This document shows positions 9,173 to 18,977 of a DNA stretch of 64,000 nucleotides, in pieces. The notes under the pieces are model-generated. The model was not told the DNA's origin, made no database searches, and saw only the letters and a list, made by a program, of their open reading frames with translations. How positions within the stretch are numbered: position 1 is the stretch's first letter; every line of letters starts with the position of its first letter. The translations under genes and the position numbers were made by a program. The DNA comes from Candidatus Latescibacterota bacterium (GTDB lineage Bacteria > Latescibacterota > UBA2968 > UBA8231), in assembly GCA_965223905.1 (NCBI GenBank), contig CBDCXV010000001.1, forward strand, positions 576,001 through 640,000. Direction: 5' to 3'.

Positions 9173-11737
9173 CTACTCGTACCTCAGCGCATCCGCAGGG
9201 TTGGTCCGCGCCGCCAGCCAGGTCTGTCCGCTGACGGTCGCCAGGGCGACGGCGAGGACGCCGGCACCTGCCAGCGCGAACCATTCCGGGCTCTGGTCGA
9301 TGCGGTAGGCGTAGAAGGCGAGCCAGCGGTCGAGGACAAAGAAGGCGACGGGCAAGGCGATGGCGTTGGCGGCCACCACGAGCCATCCGAACTCGCGCGA
9401 CATCAGCAGCAGGACGCTGCCGGTGGTAGCCCCGAGGACCTTGCGGATGCCGATTTCCCGGGTGCGCCGCGCCGCGGCGAGGGCGGCGAGCCCGACGAGT
9501 CCCATGCAGGAGATGATCAGGGCGATCGCGCTTATCCACTTCATGACCGTGCCGACCCGCCGTTCGGTTTCGTATCTCGCTGCGAAGGCTTCGTCGAGGA
9601 AGCGCACTTCCTCCAATTCATGCTCCGGCAGCACCCGTTCCCACAGCGCCTTCACTTCCTCGACGGCTGCAGGCAGGTCGACGCGGTCGAGCCGGAAAAG
9701 GGTTGTGAACCTGACGTCTCCCTGCAATCCGGGCTCGACCGCGGTCAGGAAGGCCGGCCCTACGGTGTGGCGCATGTCCTCGTAGTGGAAATCCTCGACA
9801 ATTCCGATGACCGTCATCACTACATCATCATCACCTCCCGGCATTTCCCCGAAGAGACTCCCGTCTACAATCATAAATCCACCCGAAACGAATTGGCGGA
9901 ATTGGCGTATAGTCAGGGTGCGGCCGATCAGGTCCTCGGGTCCCAGGAGGCGGGCTGCGGTCTCGTTGAGGAGGATGCCGCTTCGCAGACGGGGCTCGTC
10001 GCTCCGGCCAAAGCCTTGCCCGGAGAGGAGATCGATTCCCATGACGCGCAGGAAATCCGGACTTACGTGGAAACCTGTGGCGCGAATGGTGTTCTCACCG
10101 AGTTGGATTGAAATAGGGATATTGAAGCCAGTGCCAGGTGTCGGCCGAGTGCCGGCGACCCCCCTGACCAGTCCCGGCCGGGAATCGATCTCGCCGGCGA
10201 GACGCTCGATCTGCAAAGCTTTGAGAGAGTCTTTGCTGCGGATCGATACAACCTGGTCGCCGTCGAACCCCAGGTTTGTGCGCATGAAATCGAGTTGCCG
10301 TTCCATGGTGACCGTCACCACGACGAGGAAGGCCGACAGGGCGAACTGCAGGACGATGAGACCGCGGCCGATGCGGCCGCGGCCGAGTTGGGGCACCTTC
10401 CTGGAGAGGGCACGAACCGGGTGAATCCGGGAGATGACCTGGGCGGGGTAGAAGCCCGAGAAAACGCCGACCAACAAGGCCAGGGTCACAGCGCCTGTCC
10501 CGGTCTCGATGGACAGCCACTCGAGCTCGAGCTGCCGGGACACGGCTTGGTTGAAGGCAGGCAGCAGTAATTCGGCCAGGGCCATGCCTCCGGCGACGGC
10601 GATCAGGCTGACGACGATGGCTTCGGCGAGGAATTGGATGGAGAGCTGGGGGCGGGTGGCGCCGATCGCCTTGCGCAGGCCGACTTCGAGCGTCCGCGTC
10701 ATGGCCCGGCCCAGGGCGAGGTTGACGAAGTTGATGGCGGCGATCAGCAGCACGACGGCGGCCAGCCCGGCCAGCAGGTAGCAGTGCTCGATCTTGCCGC
10801 TGCCGATGCTGGCGAAAGCTCCCTGTATTTCGGGTCCAAAGTGTGCCCCCTGAAGAGGTACCAGGTCGAGTCGGATATTGAAGATTTGGTCCTCGCCCGC
10901 CAGAGGTGCCAGTCGTGTTTCCATTTCCTTCGGTTTCACGCCCTCTTCGATCTCTATAAACAGCCCGCCTGTGCCCGCAACCAGCTCTGTGCCCGTAATT
11001 TGCAGCTCATCGGTTGTTGCGGTGGGTACAAATACATCGGTATGCAGAATTGAAGGCCCGGGCAGAGGAGCCAGCACTCCAGCGATAGTGAGTTCCATCT
11101 CAACAGTCGTGTCTTTCCACGTAGGAAGAGTATGAGTATGGGTATGAGTAGGAGTGTGATGCGTTTCCATCTCCGGAGTCGTTTCCAGTTTATGAAGGAC
11201 GACGTGCATCCGGAGGCGCTTCCCCAGCATGGCGCGGGGGGAAACGTCGGAGCCGAAGTACGTCTGTGCCGTCTCGTGGCCGAGGACGACACTGTGGGGA
11301 TCGTCGAGGGCGGTCGCGGCGTCCCCGGCGGCCAGCGGGAGGGTGAACAGGGTGAGGAAGGCCGGATCTACAGCGAGGAGTTTCTCCTGGAAAGTCGTCT
11401 CGCCGGTCGAAACCATACAGTTCCACCGGTTCATCAGGATCGATTCGCCGATACCTGGGACGTTCGTGCGCACCGCCTCGCGAAATCCGGGACGTATCCA
11501 GGCGGTGTTCCTCTTGAAGCTGCCAAAATCAGCCCCAGGGTCCTGATCTTCTAAATGGACGTAGAAGATCCGGTCGCCCTTTTCGTGCCATGAGTCGTAG
11601 GAGAACTCGTGACGCACGAACAGCAGACACAGCACCACCACCGCCAGGGCCGCGGACAGTCCGACGATGTTGATCAGCGAGATCGTCCTGTTGCGTCCCA
11701 GCACGCGCAGGGCAATGATCAAATTGCTCTTCCACAT
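9173..11737 (-). CDS. ABC transporter permease, MacB_PCD + FtsX duplicated (854 aa); close paralog of 6719..9100
   Basis: Same motifs; N- and C-terminal protein sequence identical to the adjacent paralog. Confidence 0.93.
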   Translation of the reverse strand: MWKSNLIIALRVLGRNRTISLINIVGLSAALAVVVLCLLFVRHEFSYDSWHEKGDRIFYVHLEDQDPGADFGSFKRNTAWIRPGFREAVRTNVPGIGESILMNRWNCMVSTGETTFQEKLLAVDPAFLTLFTLPLAAGDAATALDDPHSVVLGHETAQTYFGSDVSPRAMLGKRLRMHVVLHKLETTPEMETHHTPTHTHTHTLPTWKDTTVEMELTIAGVLAPLPGPSILHTDVFVPTATTDELQITGTELVAGTGGLFIEIEEGVKPKEMETRLAPLAGEDQIFNIRLDLVPLQGAHFGPEIQGAFASIGSGKIEHCYLLAGLAAVVLLIAAINFVNLALGRAMTRTLEVGLRKAIGATRPQLSIQFLAEAIVVSLIAVAGGMALAELLLPAFNQAVSRQLELEWLSIETGTGAVTLALLVGVFSGFYPAQVISRIHPVRALSRKVPQLGRGRIGRGLIVLQFALSAFLVVVTVTMERQLDFMRTNLGFDGDQVVSIRSKDSLKALQIERLAGEIDSRPGLVRGVAGTRPTPGTGFNIPISIQLGENTIRATGFHVSPDFLRVMGIDLLSGQGFGRSDEPRLRSGILLNETAARLLGPEDLIGRTLTIRQFRQFVSGGFMIVDGSLFGEMPGGDDDVVMTVIGIVEDFHYEDMRHTVGPAFLTAVEPGLQGDVRFTTLFRLDRVDLPAAVEEVKALWERVLPEHELEEVRFLDEAFAARYETERRVGTVMKWISAIALIISCMGLVGLAALAAARRTREIGIRKVLGATTGSVLLLMSREFGWLVVAANAIALPVAFFVLDRWLAFYAYRIDQSPEWFALAGAGVLAVALATVSGQTWLAARTNPADALRYE

Positions 11738-11770
11738 GGTCCGTTCCTTGAGTTCCCCGGTTCGCCGGCT

Positions 11771-12496
11771 TCAGCGCTCCCTGGCGATGTTCTCGGTCAC
11801 GACCCTTCCGTCGAACAGGTGGATGACCCGGTGGGCGAAGTCGGCGTAGGCCGGCGAGTGTGTCACCATCACCACCGTGGTGCCGCTCCGGTTCATCTCG
11901 GTGAGCATCTCCATGACCTCGTCCCCGTGGCGCGAGTCGAGGTTGCCCGTCGGCTCGTCGGCGAGCACCAGCTTCGGCTCGGAGACCAGGGCTCTCGCCA
12001 CCGCCACGCGCTGCTGCTGGCCGCCGGACAACTGCTGCGGAAAGTGCTTGCCGCGGTGGGTGATCTGCATCTGGTCGAGGATCGACCCCACCCGCTCCCT
12101 GCGCTCCCGGCCCGGCAGGCCCATGTAGAGCAGGGGCAGCTCGACGTTCTCGTGGACGGTCAGCTCGTTGATCAGGTTGTAGGACTGGAAGACGAAGCCG
12201 ATCGTCCCCTTGCGCAGGTTCGCCCGCAGGCGCTCGGAGTAGGTGGAGACCTCTTCCTCCAGCAGCCAGTATTCCCCCTTGGTCGGGTTGTCGAGCAGGC
12301 CGAGCAGGTTGAGCAGCGTCGACTTGCCGCAGCCGGACGGCCCCATGATGGCGGCGAACTCCCCGTCGGCGATCTCGAGGTTGACGTTGTCGAGGGCGGT
12401 CGTCTCCACCTCCTCGGTGGTGTAGACCTTGCGCAGCCCCACGGTGCGGATCAGCGCCGTCTTGCCGTTTCCGGTGTTCGCCGCGGTCTCGGTCAT
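11771..12496 (-). CDS. ABC transporter ATP-binding protein, LolD/MacB family
   Basis: [29 protein letters not shown]. Confidence 0.95.
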   Translation of the reverse strand: MTETAANTGNGKTALIRTVGLRKVYTTEEVETTALDNVNLEIADGEFAAIMGPSGCGKSTLLNLLGLLDNPTKGEYWLLEEEVSTYSERLRANLRKGTIGFVFQSYNLINELTVHENVELPLLYMGLPGRERRERVGSILDQMQITHRGKHFPQQLSGGQQQRVAVARALVSEPKLVLADEPTGNLDSRHGDEVMEMLTEMNRSGTTVVMVTHSPAYADFAHRVIHLFDGRVVTENIARER

Positions 12497-12522
12497 CTTT
12501 CCTCTCCTTGTTCAGGGTGCGC

Positions 12523-13875
12523 TTACCGCAACACCAGCACGTCCATGTTTTGGCCGAAGCTCTCGTAGCTCGAGGTGATCACCTGCTCCCCGGGTTCGAG
12601 TCCCTCCAGCACCTCGTAGACCCGGGGGTTCTGGCGCCCGAGGGAGATGGAGCGCCTCGTCGCCTGCTCGCCGGAGGCGTCGAGCACGTAGGCCCAGTGA
12701 CCCCCGGTAGACTGGTAGAACCCGCCGCGCGCCACCTGCACCGCCTCCTCGAGGTTGCCCAGCTCCAGGCGGATGTGCAGGCTCTGGCCCCGGCGGATGC
12801 CCTCGGGCGCTTCCCCCTCGAAGACCAGATCCACCTCGAAACGGCCCTCCCTGACCTCCGGGTAGACCTTGCGGATCACCAGGCCGTACGTCTCGTCGTC
12901 GCTGTCGAAGCTGCCCCGTTGCCCCCGGCCGACGCGGCCGATGTAATGCTCGTCGATGGCGGCGCGCACCTTGAAGCCGCCGGTCATGTCGATCTGTCCA
13001 AAGCGCACTCCGGTCCCCTTGCTCTCTCCAACCTCCGCCTCGAGCGTGGTCAGCTGCCCGGCCACCGGGGCCCGCACCGTCAGGTTGTCCAGCCGCCGCC
13101 GGACGATTTGGAGATCGCGCTCCGTGCGCTCCACCGCCGAGACCAGCTGCACCACCTTGCTCGCCGCCAGCAGCGAGTCCTGGGTCAGGGTCTGGCGGGT
13201 CAGGGCCATGCGGCGGGCGCTGTACTCGTACTCGTCGCGCAGCCGCTCGTACTCCTGGCGCGACATGATGGCGGCCAGGTCCTCCGCGGGCAGGTCCTGG
13301 TAGCGCTCGAAGTTGCGCTTGTCCACGGCGAGCCGGTACTCGATCTCCATCAGCCCCTTCCGCGAGGCCAGCAGGTTCTGCTCCATGGTCAGCCGGCCGT
13401 TGAGCAGCGCCTCCCTGCTGCGCTCCAGCCCGGCCTCCTGCTGCAGGATGGTCAGCTCGAGGTCGGGGTTGGCGAGGCGCAGCAGCGGGTCGCCCGCGGC
13501 CACCTGGGCCCCCTCTTCGGCGAAGACCTGCACCACCTGGCCGCTCTCCAGGGCATCGAGGTACACCGTGCGCAGCGGCAGCACGGTGCCGCGCACCGGG
13601 ATGTACTCCAGGAACGGGGCGAGCTCGACCGTCGACAGGGTCAGGCGGTCGCGCTGGACGTTGAGCTTGCGCACCCCGAAATCGGCGAGCAGGGCGTAAC
13701 CACACAGCCCGGCCAGCAGCAGAACAGCAGCGCCCAGGGCGATGCGCCGCGGCGTGAAGCGCCGCTTCTCGATTCTGCGGTCCATGCCGAGGCCGCCGCC
13801 GGGACGGGTGCTGCCGGGCTCGGATTCGGCAGGCTCGACCTTGCTCTTTGGGAAAACCTTGATGTTCGCAGGCAT
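12523..13875 (-). CDS. Efflux periplasmic adaptor (HlyD/MacA-like membrane fusion protein)
   Basis: Probable start MPANIKVF at 13875 (or the internal MDRRIEK); one TM helix, lipoyl-like G.V..V..EEG..V..GD.L, coiled coil, VRAPVAGQL. The track ORF is over-extended. Confidence 0.9.
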   Translation of the reverse strand: MPANIKVFPKSKVEPAESEPGSTRPGGGLGMDRRIEKRRFTPRRIALGAAVLLLAGLCGYALLADFGVRKLNVQRDRLTLSTVELAPFLEYIPVRGTVLPLRTVYLDALESGQVVQVFAEEGAQVAAGDPLLRLANPDLELTILQQEAGLERSREALLNGRLTMEQNLLASRKGLMEIEYRLAVDKRNFERYQDLPAEDLAAIMSRQEYERLRDEYEYSARRMALTRQTLTQDSLLAASKVVQLVSAVERTERDLQIVRRRLDNLTVRAPVAGQLTTLEAEVGESKGTGVRFGQIDMTGGFKVRAAIDEHYIGRVGRGQRGSFDSDDETYGLVIRKVYPEVREGRFEVDLVFEGEAPEGIRRGQSLHIRLELGNLEEAVQVARGGFYQSTGGHWAYVLDASGEQATRRSISLGRQNPRVYEVLEGLEPGEQVITSSYESFGQNMDVLVLR

Positions 13876-13918
13876 GATATTTTCAGCTGTATCTTGACGC
13901 AGTCCTTTATGCCGCCGA

Positions 13919-13934
13919 AGCAAAATGCGTGCTA
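13919..13934 (-). promoter_or_regulatory. sigma54 (-24/-12)-like promoter of the ABC operon, with a non-consensus -25 base
   Basis: Minus strand TAGCACGCATTTTGCT vs consensus TGGCACGnnnnTTGCW; one mismatch. Lies ~45 bp upstream of the adaptor gene, next to a divergent NtrC-family regulator. Confidence 0.55.
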
Positions 13935-14000
13935 TGTCACCTAACCTTCTGGAAAACAACGGGATGAAACGAATCGCCCCGACGGAAGGGGGGCCTTGAC

Positions 14001-14043
14001 TGTCCGCTGGCGATACACTTGGTGTCCGCTGGCGTACACTTGG
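14001..14043. promoter_or_regulatory. Tandem enhancer-like sites, probable binding sites of the NtrC-family regulator
   Basis: TGTCCGCTGGCGATACACTTGG followed directly by TGTCCGCTGGCGTACACTTGG; each is a TGTnCG..CGnACA quasi-palindrome. Confidence 0.6.
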
Positions 14044-14388
14044 AACCCTGCCAGGGCATTCCTCCAGCCCTTGCAAGCGGCCGCCGCGTGGCCCCCGGAC
14101 TCCCATTGCCAAGGCCTCCCGGCTCGAGCGCTGGAATCCCGCGTCTCCAAGCCTGGCCTGCGTTCGGGGGCATTTTCCACGGCCGCAGCCGGAAGCGCCC
14201 GGCCCGCATGCTGAAGTGCGGCGTCTCGAATCCATACCAGAACTCGTGCCCCGATGCCTGCCCGGTGCTGGATCGTCGGGCCCGTTCCCGGGTGGCGGCA
14301 CTCGCCAGCGGCCGCAGCAAGGCCGATTCTCCGAACCGGCGGCACCGCCGCCAATGCGCATTCTCGAACTTCCCGGGAACCGTCTTCC

Positions 14389-15765
<1,377 letters not shown>

Positions 15766-15788
15766 GGGCGTGCTGCTCAGAAACCCCC

Positions 15789-16112
15789 GTCGCGGAAATC
15801 GACGCCCTTCTCGACACCGATCCTCCGCCAGGGTCCGAGGCGTATGATCGGCTGGAGTTCCTGTCGGTACTGGTGCAGGCTTATGAAGACACTCATCTGC
15901 CTGCTTTCGAGCAGCCAACTCCCCAGGAAATGGTCGACTTCGTCCTGGAGCAGAAGGGGCTTGCCCGCGCCGACCTGGCGAAATGGTTGGGAGGCAGAAG
16001 CCGGACCTCCGAATTTTTCAGCGGAATCCGCCCCCTTTCCATTCGGCAGATCGGCGCATTGAGAAAGCATCTGGGCATTCCGGCGGATGTACTGCTGAGC
16101 CTTCCACCGTAA
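15789..16112 (+). pseudogene. 5'-truncated HigA-like HTH antitoxin
   Basis: Frame reads VAEIDALLDTDPPPGSEAYDRLEFLSVLVQAYED..PTPQEMVDFVLEQKGLARADL..GGRSRTSE..RPLSIRQI; no proper start and no toxin gene. Confidence 0.7.
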
Positions 16113-16177
16113 TCCTGCCCAATCGTGGGGGGCGCAGCAGAACCCGCACAGGGCAGGACCCGGATCACCCGCACCGC

Positions 16178-16201
16178 CGCATGGAGAAGCATGGCCTCTG
16201 A
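16178..16201 (+). repeat. 24-bp direct repeat, copy 2 (contains the kinase ATG)
   Basis: Identical to 15742..15765; ACCCGCACCGCC also precedes both copies. Confidence 0.9.
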
Positions 16202-17558
16202 AGCCCGGGACCTGACCAATCTGCCGCGCCGCCTGATTCAGGGCTGCCGCTCCTTCCGCGCGCGGATCCTGCTCCGCGTCCTTCTTCTCGGCGCCACCCT
16301 GTGGCTGCTGTTCCACACGACGGCGGGAGGATGGAGCTACCCCGCCGTTACCGTCGCCGCCGCCCTCCTCCTGCTCTACCAGATCTACGGCCTCGTCCAT
16401 TTCGTCGACCGCACCAACCGCGACCTGGCCCGCTTCCTCGCCGCCATCCGTTACGCCGACTTCTCGCAGACCTTCGTCACCGGCGGTCTCGGCTCCTCCT
16501 TCGACGAGCTCAAGACGGCGTTCAACGAGGTCCTCGACGCCTTCCGTCTGGCGCGGGCGGAGAAGGAGGAACAGGCGCGCTACCTGCAGACCGTGGTGCA
16601 GCACATCGGCGTCGGCCTGCTCGTGTTCGACCGCGGCGGCAGGGTGTCGCTGATCAACAACGCCGCCACGCGCCTTCTGGGGGTGCCCCGGTTGGGCGAC
16701 ATCGCCGACCTCGACCGCGTAAGTCCCGGCCTGGCCGCGGCCCTGAAAAAACTCGGGCCCCGGGGCCGCGACCTGGTGCGCTTGGAGGAGATCCAGCTCG
16801 CCCTGCACGCCTCGGTGTTCCGCACGGAGGACCGCGAGCACACCCTGGTGGCGCTCCAGGACATCGGTCCCGACCTCGACGAAAAGGAGACGGAGGCCTG
16901 GCAGAACCTGATCCGCGTGCTGACCCACGAGATCATGAACTCCATCACCCCGATCGCCTCGCTGGCGGCCACCGCGGACGGCATGCTGAAGGAAGGGGGC
17001 CTCGACGGGGAGACCGCCGAAGACATCCGCACCGCGGTCGGCACCATCCAGCGGCGCAGCGAGGGCCTGATGCAGTTCGTCGAAGCCTACCGCGGCCTCA
17101 CCCGGGTGCCGGCGCCTTCGTTCGAGATCGTCCCGGTGGCCGGCGTTTTCTCCCGAGTCGAACAGCTGCTGCGGCCCCAGTTCGCCGAGTCAGGGATCGA
17201 GCTTCACACCGAGGTCGATCCCCCCGGCCTCGAGCTGACCGCGGATCCGGGGCAGGTCGAGCAGGTCCTCATCAACCTGCTGAGCAACGCCCGCGAAGCC
17301 ACCGAGGGCGGCGCCGGGGCGCGCGTCGACCTGAGCGCTCACCTGGCGCGGGGGAAGATCGTCGTCGAGGTCGCGGACAACGGGACGGGGATCGTCGAGG
17401 AGGCGCTCGGCAAGCTCTTCATCCCCTTCTTCACGACCAGGCAGAACGGCTCGGGAATCGGACTGAGCCTGTGCCGCCAGATCATGAGGCTGCACCGCGG
17501 CTCCATCTCGGTGCGCTCGCAACCGGGGGTGCGGACGGTGTTCTCGCTGCGGTTCTGA
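16191..17558 (+). CDS. Sensor histidine kinase (NtrY-like, PAS + HATPase), cognate of the NtrC-family regulator
   Basis: Two TM helices, LTHEIMNSITPI H-box, QVLINLLSNA, DNGTG, FIPFFTT, GSGIGLSL. Confidence 0.92.
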   Translation: MASEARDLTNLPRRLIQGCRSFRARILLRVLLLGATLWLLFHTTAGGWSYPAVTVAAALLLLYQIYGLVHFVDRTNRDLARFLAAIRYADFSQTFVTGGLGSSFDELKTAFNEVLDAFRLARAEKEEQARYLQTVVQHIGVGLLVFDRGGRVSLINNAATRLLGVPRLGDIADLDRVSPGLAAALKKLGPRGRDLVRLEEIQLALHASVFRTEDREHTLVALQDIGPDLDEKETEAWQNLIRVLTHEIMNSITPIASLAATADGMLKEGGLDGETAEDIRTAVGTIQRRSEGLMQFVEAYRGLTRVPAPSFEIVPVAGVFSRVEQLLRPQFAESGIELHTEVDPPGLELTADPGQVEQVLINLLSNAREATEGGAGARVDLSAHLARGKIVVEVADNGTGIVEEALGKLFIPFFTTRQNGSGIGLSLCRQIMRLHRGSISVRSQPGVRTVFSLRF

Positions 17559-17720
17559 GGTGATCAGCGGCCAGCCTGGGTAGGCGAGCGAAAAAGCGGC
17601 GGTCATGAGGCGCGAAAGGCGCGTAGCGCCAACGCCGGCCGCCAGGGGGTTACAGCTTCTCGGGTTTGGTGCTGCCGGAGTGCGCTGGCAAGTGCAGCGC
17701 CCGTGCGGCCGAGGTACAGG

Positions 17721-18008
17721 CTACGTCGCTGCTGCAGGCTCGAAGCTGATCCGCAGCCTGGTGCCGGTACTCTGCGCAATCTTCTCCAGTGTCCTGGTGG
17801 AGGGGTGAACGCGCCCGCTCTCGAGCCGGGCGACGACCGATTGCGTCGTCTCCATGCGCTCGGCGAGCTGAGCCTGGGTGAGCCCGGCACCGATGCGGGC
17901 CTCGATCATCGAGCGGGCCAGCTCGAATTCCGGTCCAAGCTCGTTATAGGTCGTCAGGTAGTCGGGGTCCCGACTCCATTTCTCGTGCAAGTCGATTACC
18001 TTGCTCAT
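17721..18008 (-). CDS. XRE-family HTH antitoxin (HigA-like)
   Basis: AGLTQAQLAERMETTQSVVARLESG..PSTRTLEKIA; overlaps the stop of the upstream toxin gene. Confidence 0.85.
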   Translation of the reverse strand: MSKVIDLHEKWSRDPDYLTTYNELGPEFELARSMIEARIGAGLTQAQLAERMETTQSVVARLESGRVHPSTRTLEKIAQSTGTRLRISFEPAAAT

Positions 18009-18293
18009 TCCAGCACCTCCTTGGCGCGTTGCAACGCTATGTCAATCTCCCGGCGGGGCGTCCTGCGTGTCTTCTTGACAAAGACGCGCACCACCACGTG
18101 ACGTTTGTCCCGGACGGTGACATACAGCGCACGCGATATACCATCCCTGCCGTTCATGCGCATTTCCCAGAGCGGGCCGGTCAAGTGCCTGATATGCGGT
18201 GCCCCAACGCGGTCCAATCCTACCGCCGCGATTAACTCACTGATGCGCACGAACCGTGCGCGCATGTCGTTGGGCAGAGCGTCAAGCTCTTTG
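18005..18293 (-). pseudogene. RelE/HigB (Gp49-like) toxin, 5'-truncated
   Basis: KELDALPNDMRARF..HLTGPLWEMR..ISRALY..VFVKKTRRTPRREIDIALQRAKE; the native start is missing and replaced by the neighbouring antitoxin fragment. Confidence 0.7.
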
Positions 18294-18419
18294 TCTTTCG
18301 GCGACCGCCGTCGTTACGAACTGATTGATGCTCGTCCCGTCTTCCTTGCTGATCTCGGCGACGGCCGCCTTCAGAGAAGCGGGCAGCCGCAAGGGGAAAG
18401 TGCTGGTTCGTTTCTTCAT
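18282..18419 (-). pseudogene. Truncated ribbon-helix-helix/HicB-like antitoxin (45 aa)
   Basis: Hand translation MKKRTSTFPLRLPASLKAAVAEISKEDGTSINQFVTTAVAE, then a junction into the toxin sequence and a stop. Confidence 0.65.
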
Positions 18420-18835
18420 TCCGATATCCTCCTCAATTCCTCCCGGGGCGAAAACACCGCGATCCCGAAGCGTGCGGGGCCATCGCCGAAATCCCGCCGG
18501 TTGAAGGTGACCAACGCATCGGCGTTGCCGTTGATGGCGGCTTCGAGCACCATCTCATCGGCAGGATCGCGAACCTGCGGACGCCACATGAATCGTTTCA
18601 ACGGGCTCCGCGACCAGGCAAAGCGCGGGATGACCATTCTCACATCTGCTTCACTGAGACCCGAAGCAATTCGCTGCGCTGGATCACAGCACGCCGCCAC
18701 ATACTCAAGTGCCATCGCCACGGAAAGAAGCGGCGTGAACGTCCGGCTCAAGGCCCGATCAATCAGCGCGGCCGAGGCTCCGATCGGGCTGCGCAGACCG
18801 GGCACAACAACGTTGGGGTCCAGTACGTAACGCAT
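18416..18835 (-). CDS. PIN-domain (VapC-like) toxin, probably decaying
   Basis: VLDPNV (normally DTNV), RDPADEMVLEAA, LVTFNRRDF; apparent compensated frameshift near 18595-18630. Confidence 0.7.
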   Translation of the reverse strand: MRYVLDPNVVVPGLRSPIGASAALIDRALSRTFTPLLSVAMALEYVAACCDPAQRIASGLSEADVRMVIPRFAWSRSPLKRFMWRPQVRDPADEMVLEAAINGNADALVTFNRRDFGDGPARFGIAVFSPREELRRISE

Positions 18836-18844
18836 GCTTCAAAG

Positions 18845-18880
18845 CATGACATCATATACCATGACATCATATACGATGTC
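18845..18880. promoter_or_regulatory. Probable TA autoregulatory operator
   Basis: CATGACATCATATAC tandem x2, ending in palindrome GACATC-N6-GATGTC, immediately upstream of the PIN gene. Confidence 0.5.
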
Positions 18881-18977
18881 TGCAATGATACAGAGCGTCA
18901 CGGCCGGAGGTGCCGGCCGACTGGGTCGGGTAGTCCTCGGTTTTTTGGAGTGAGACAGCGGCGAAGTCGAGACAGCG

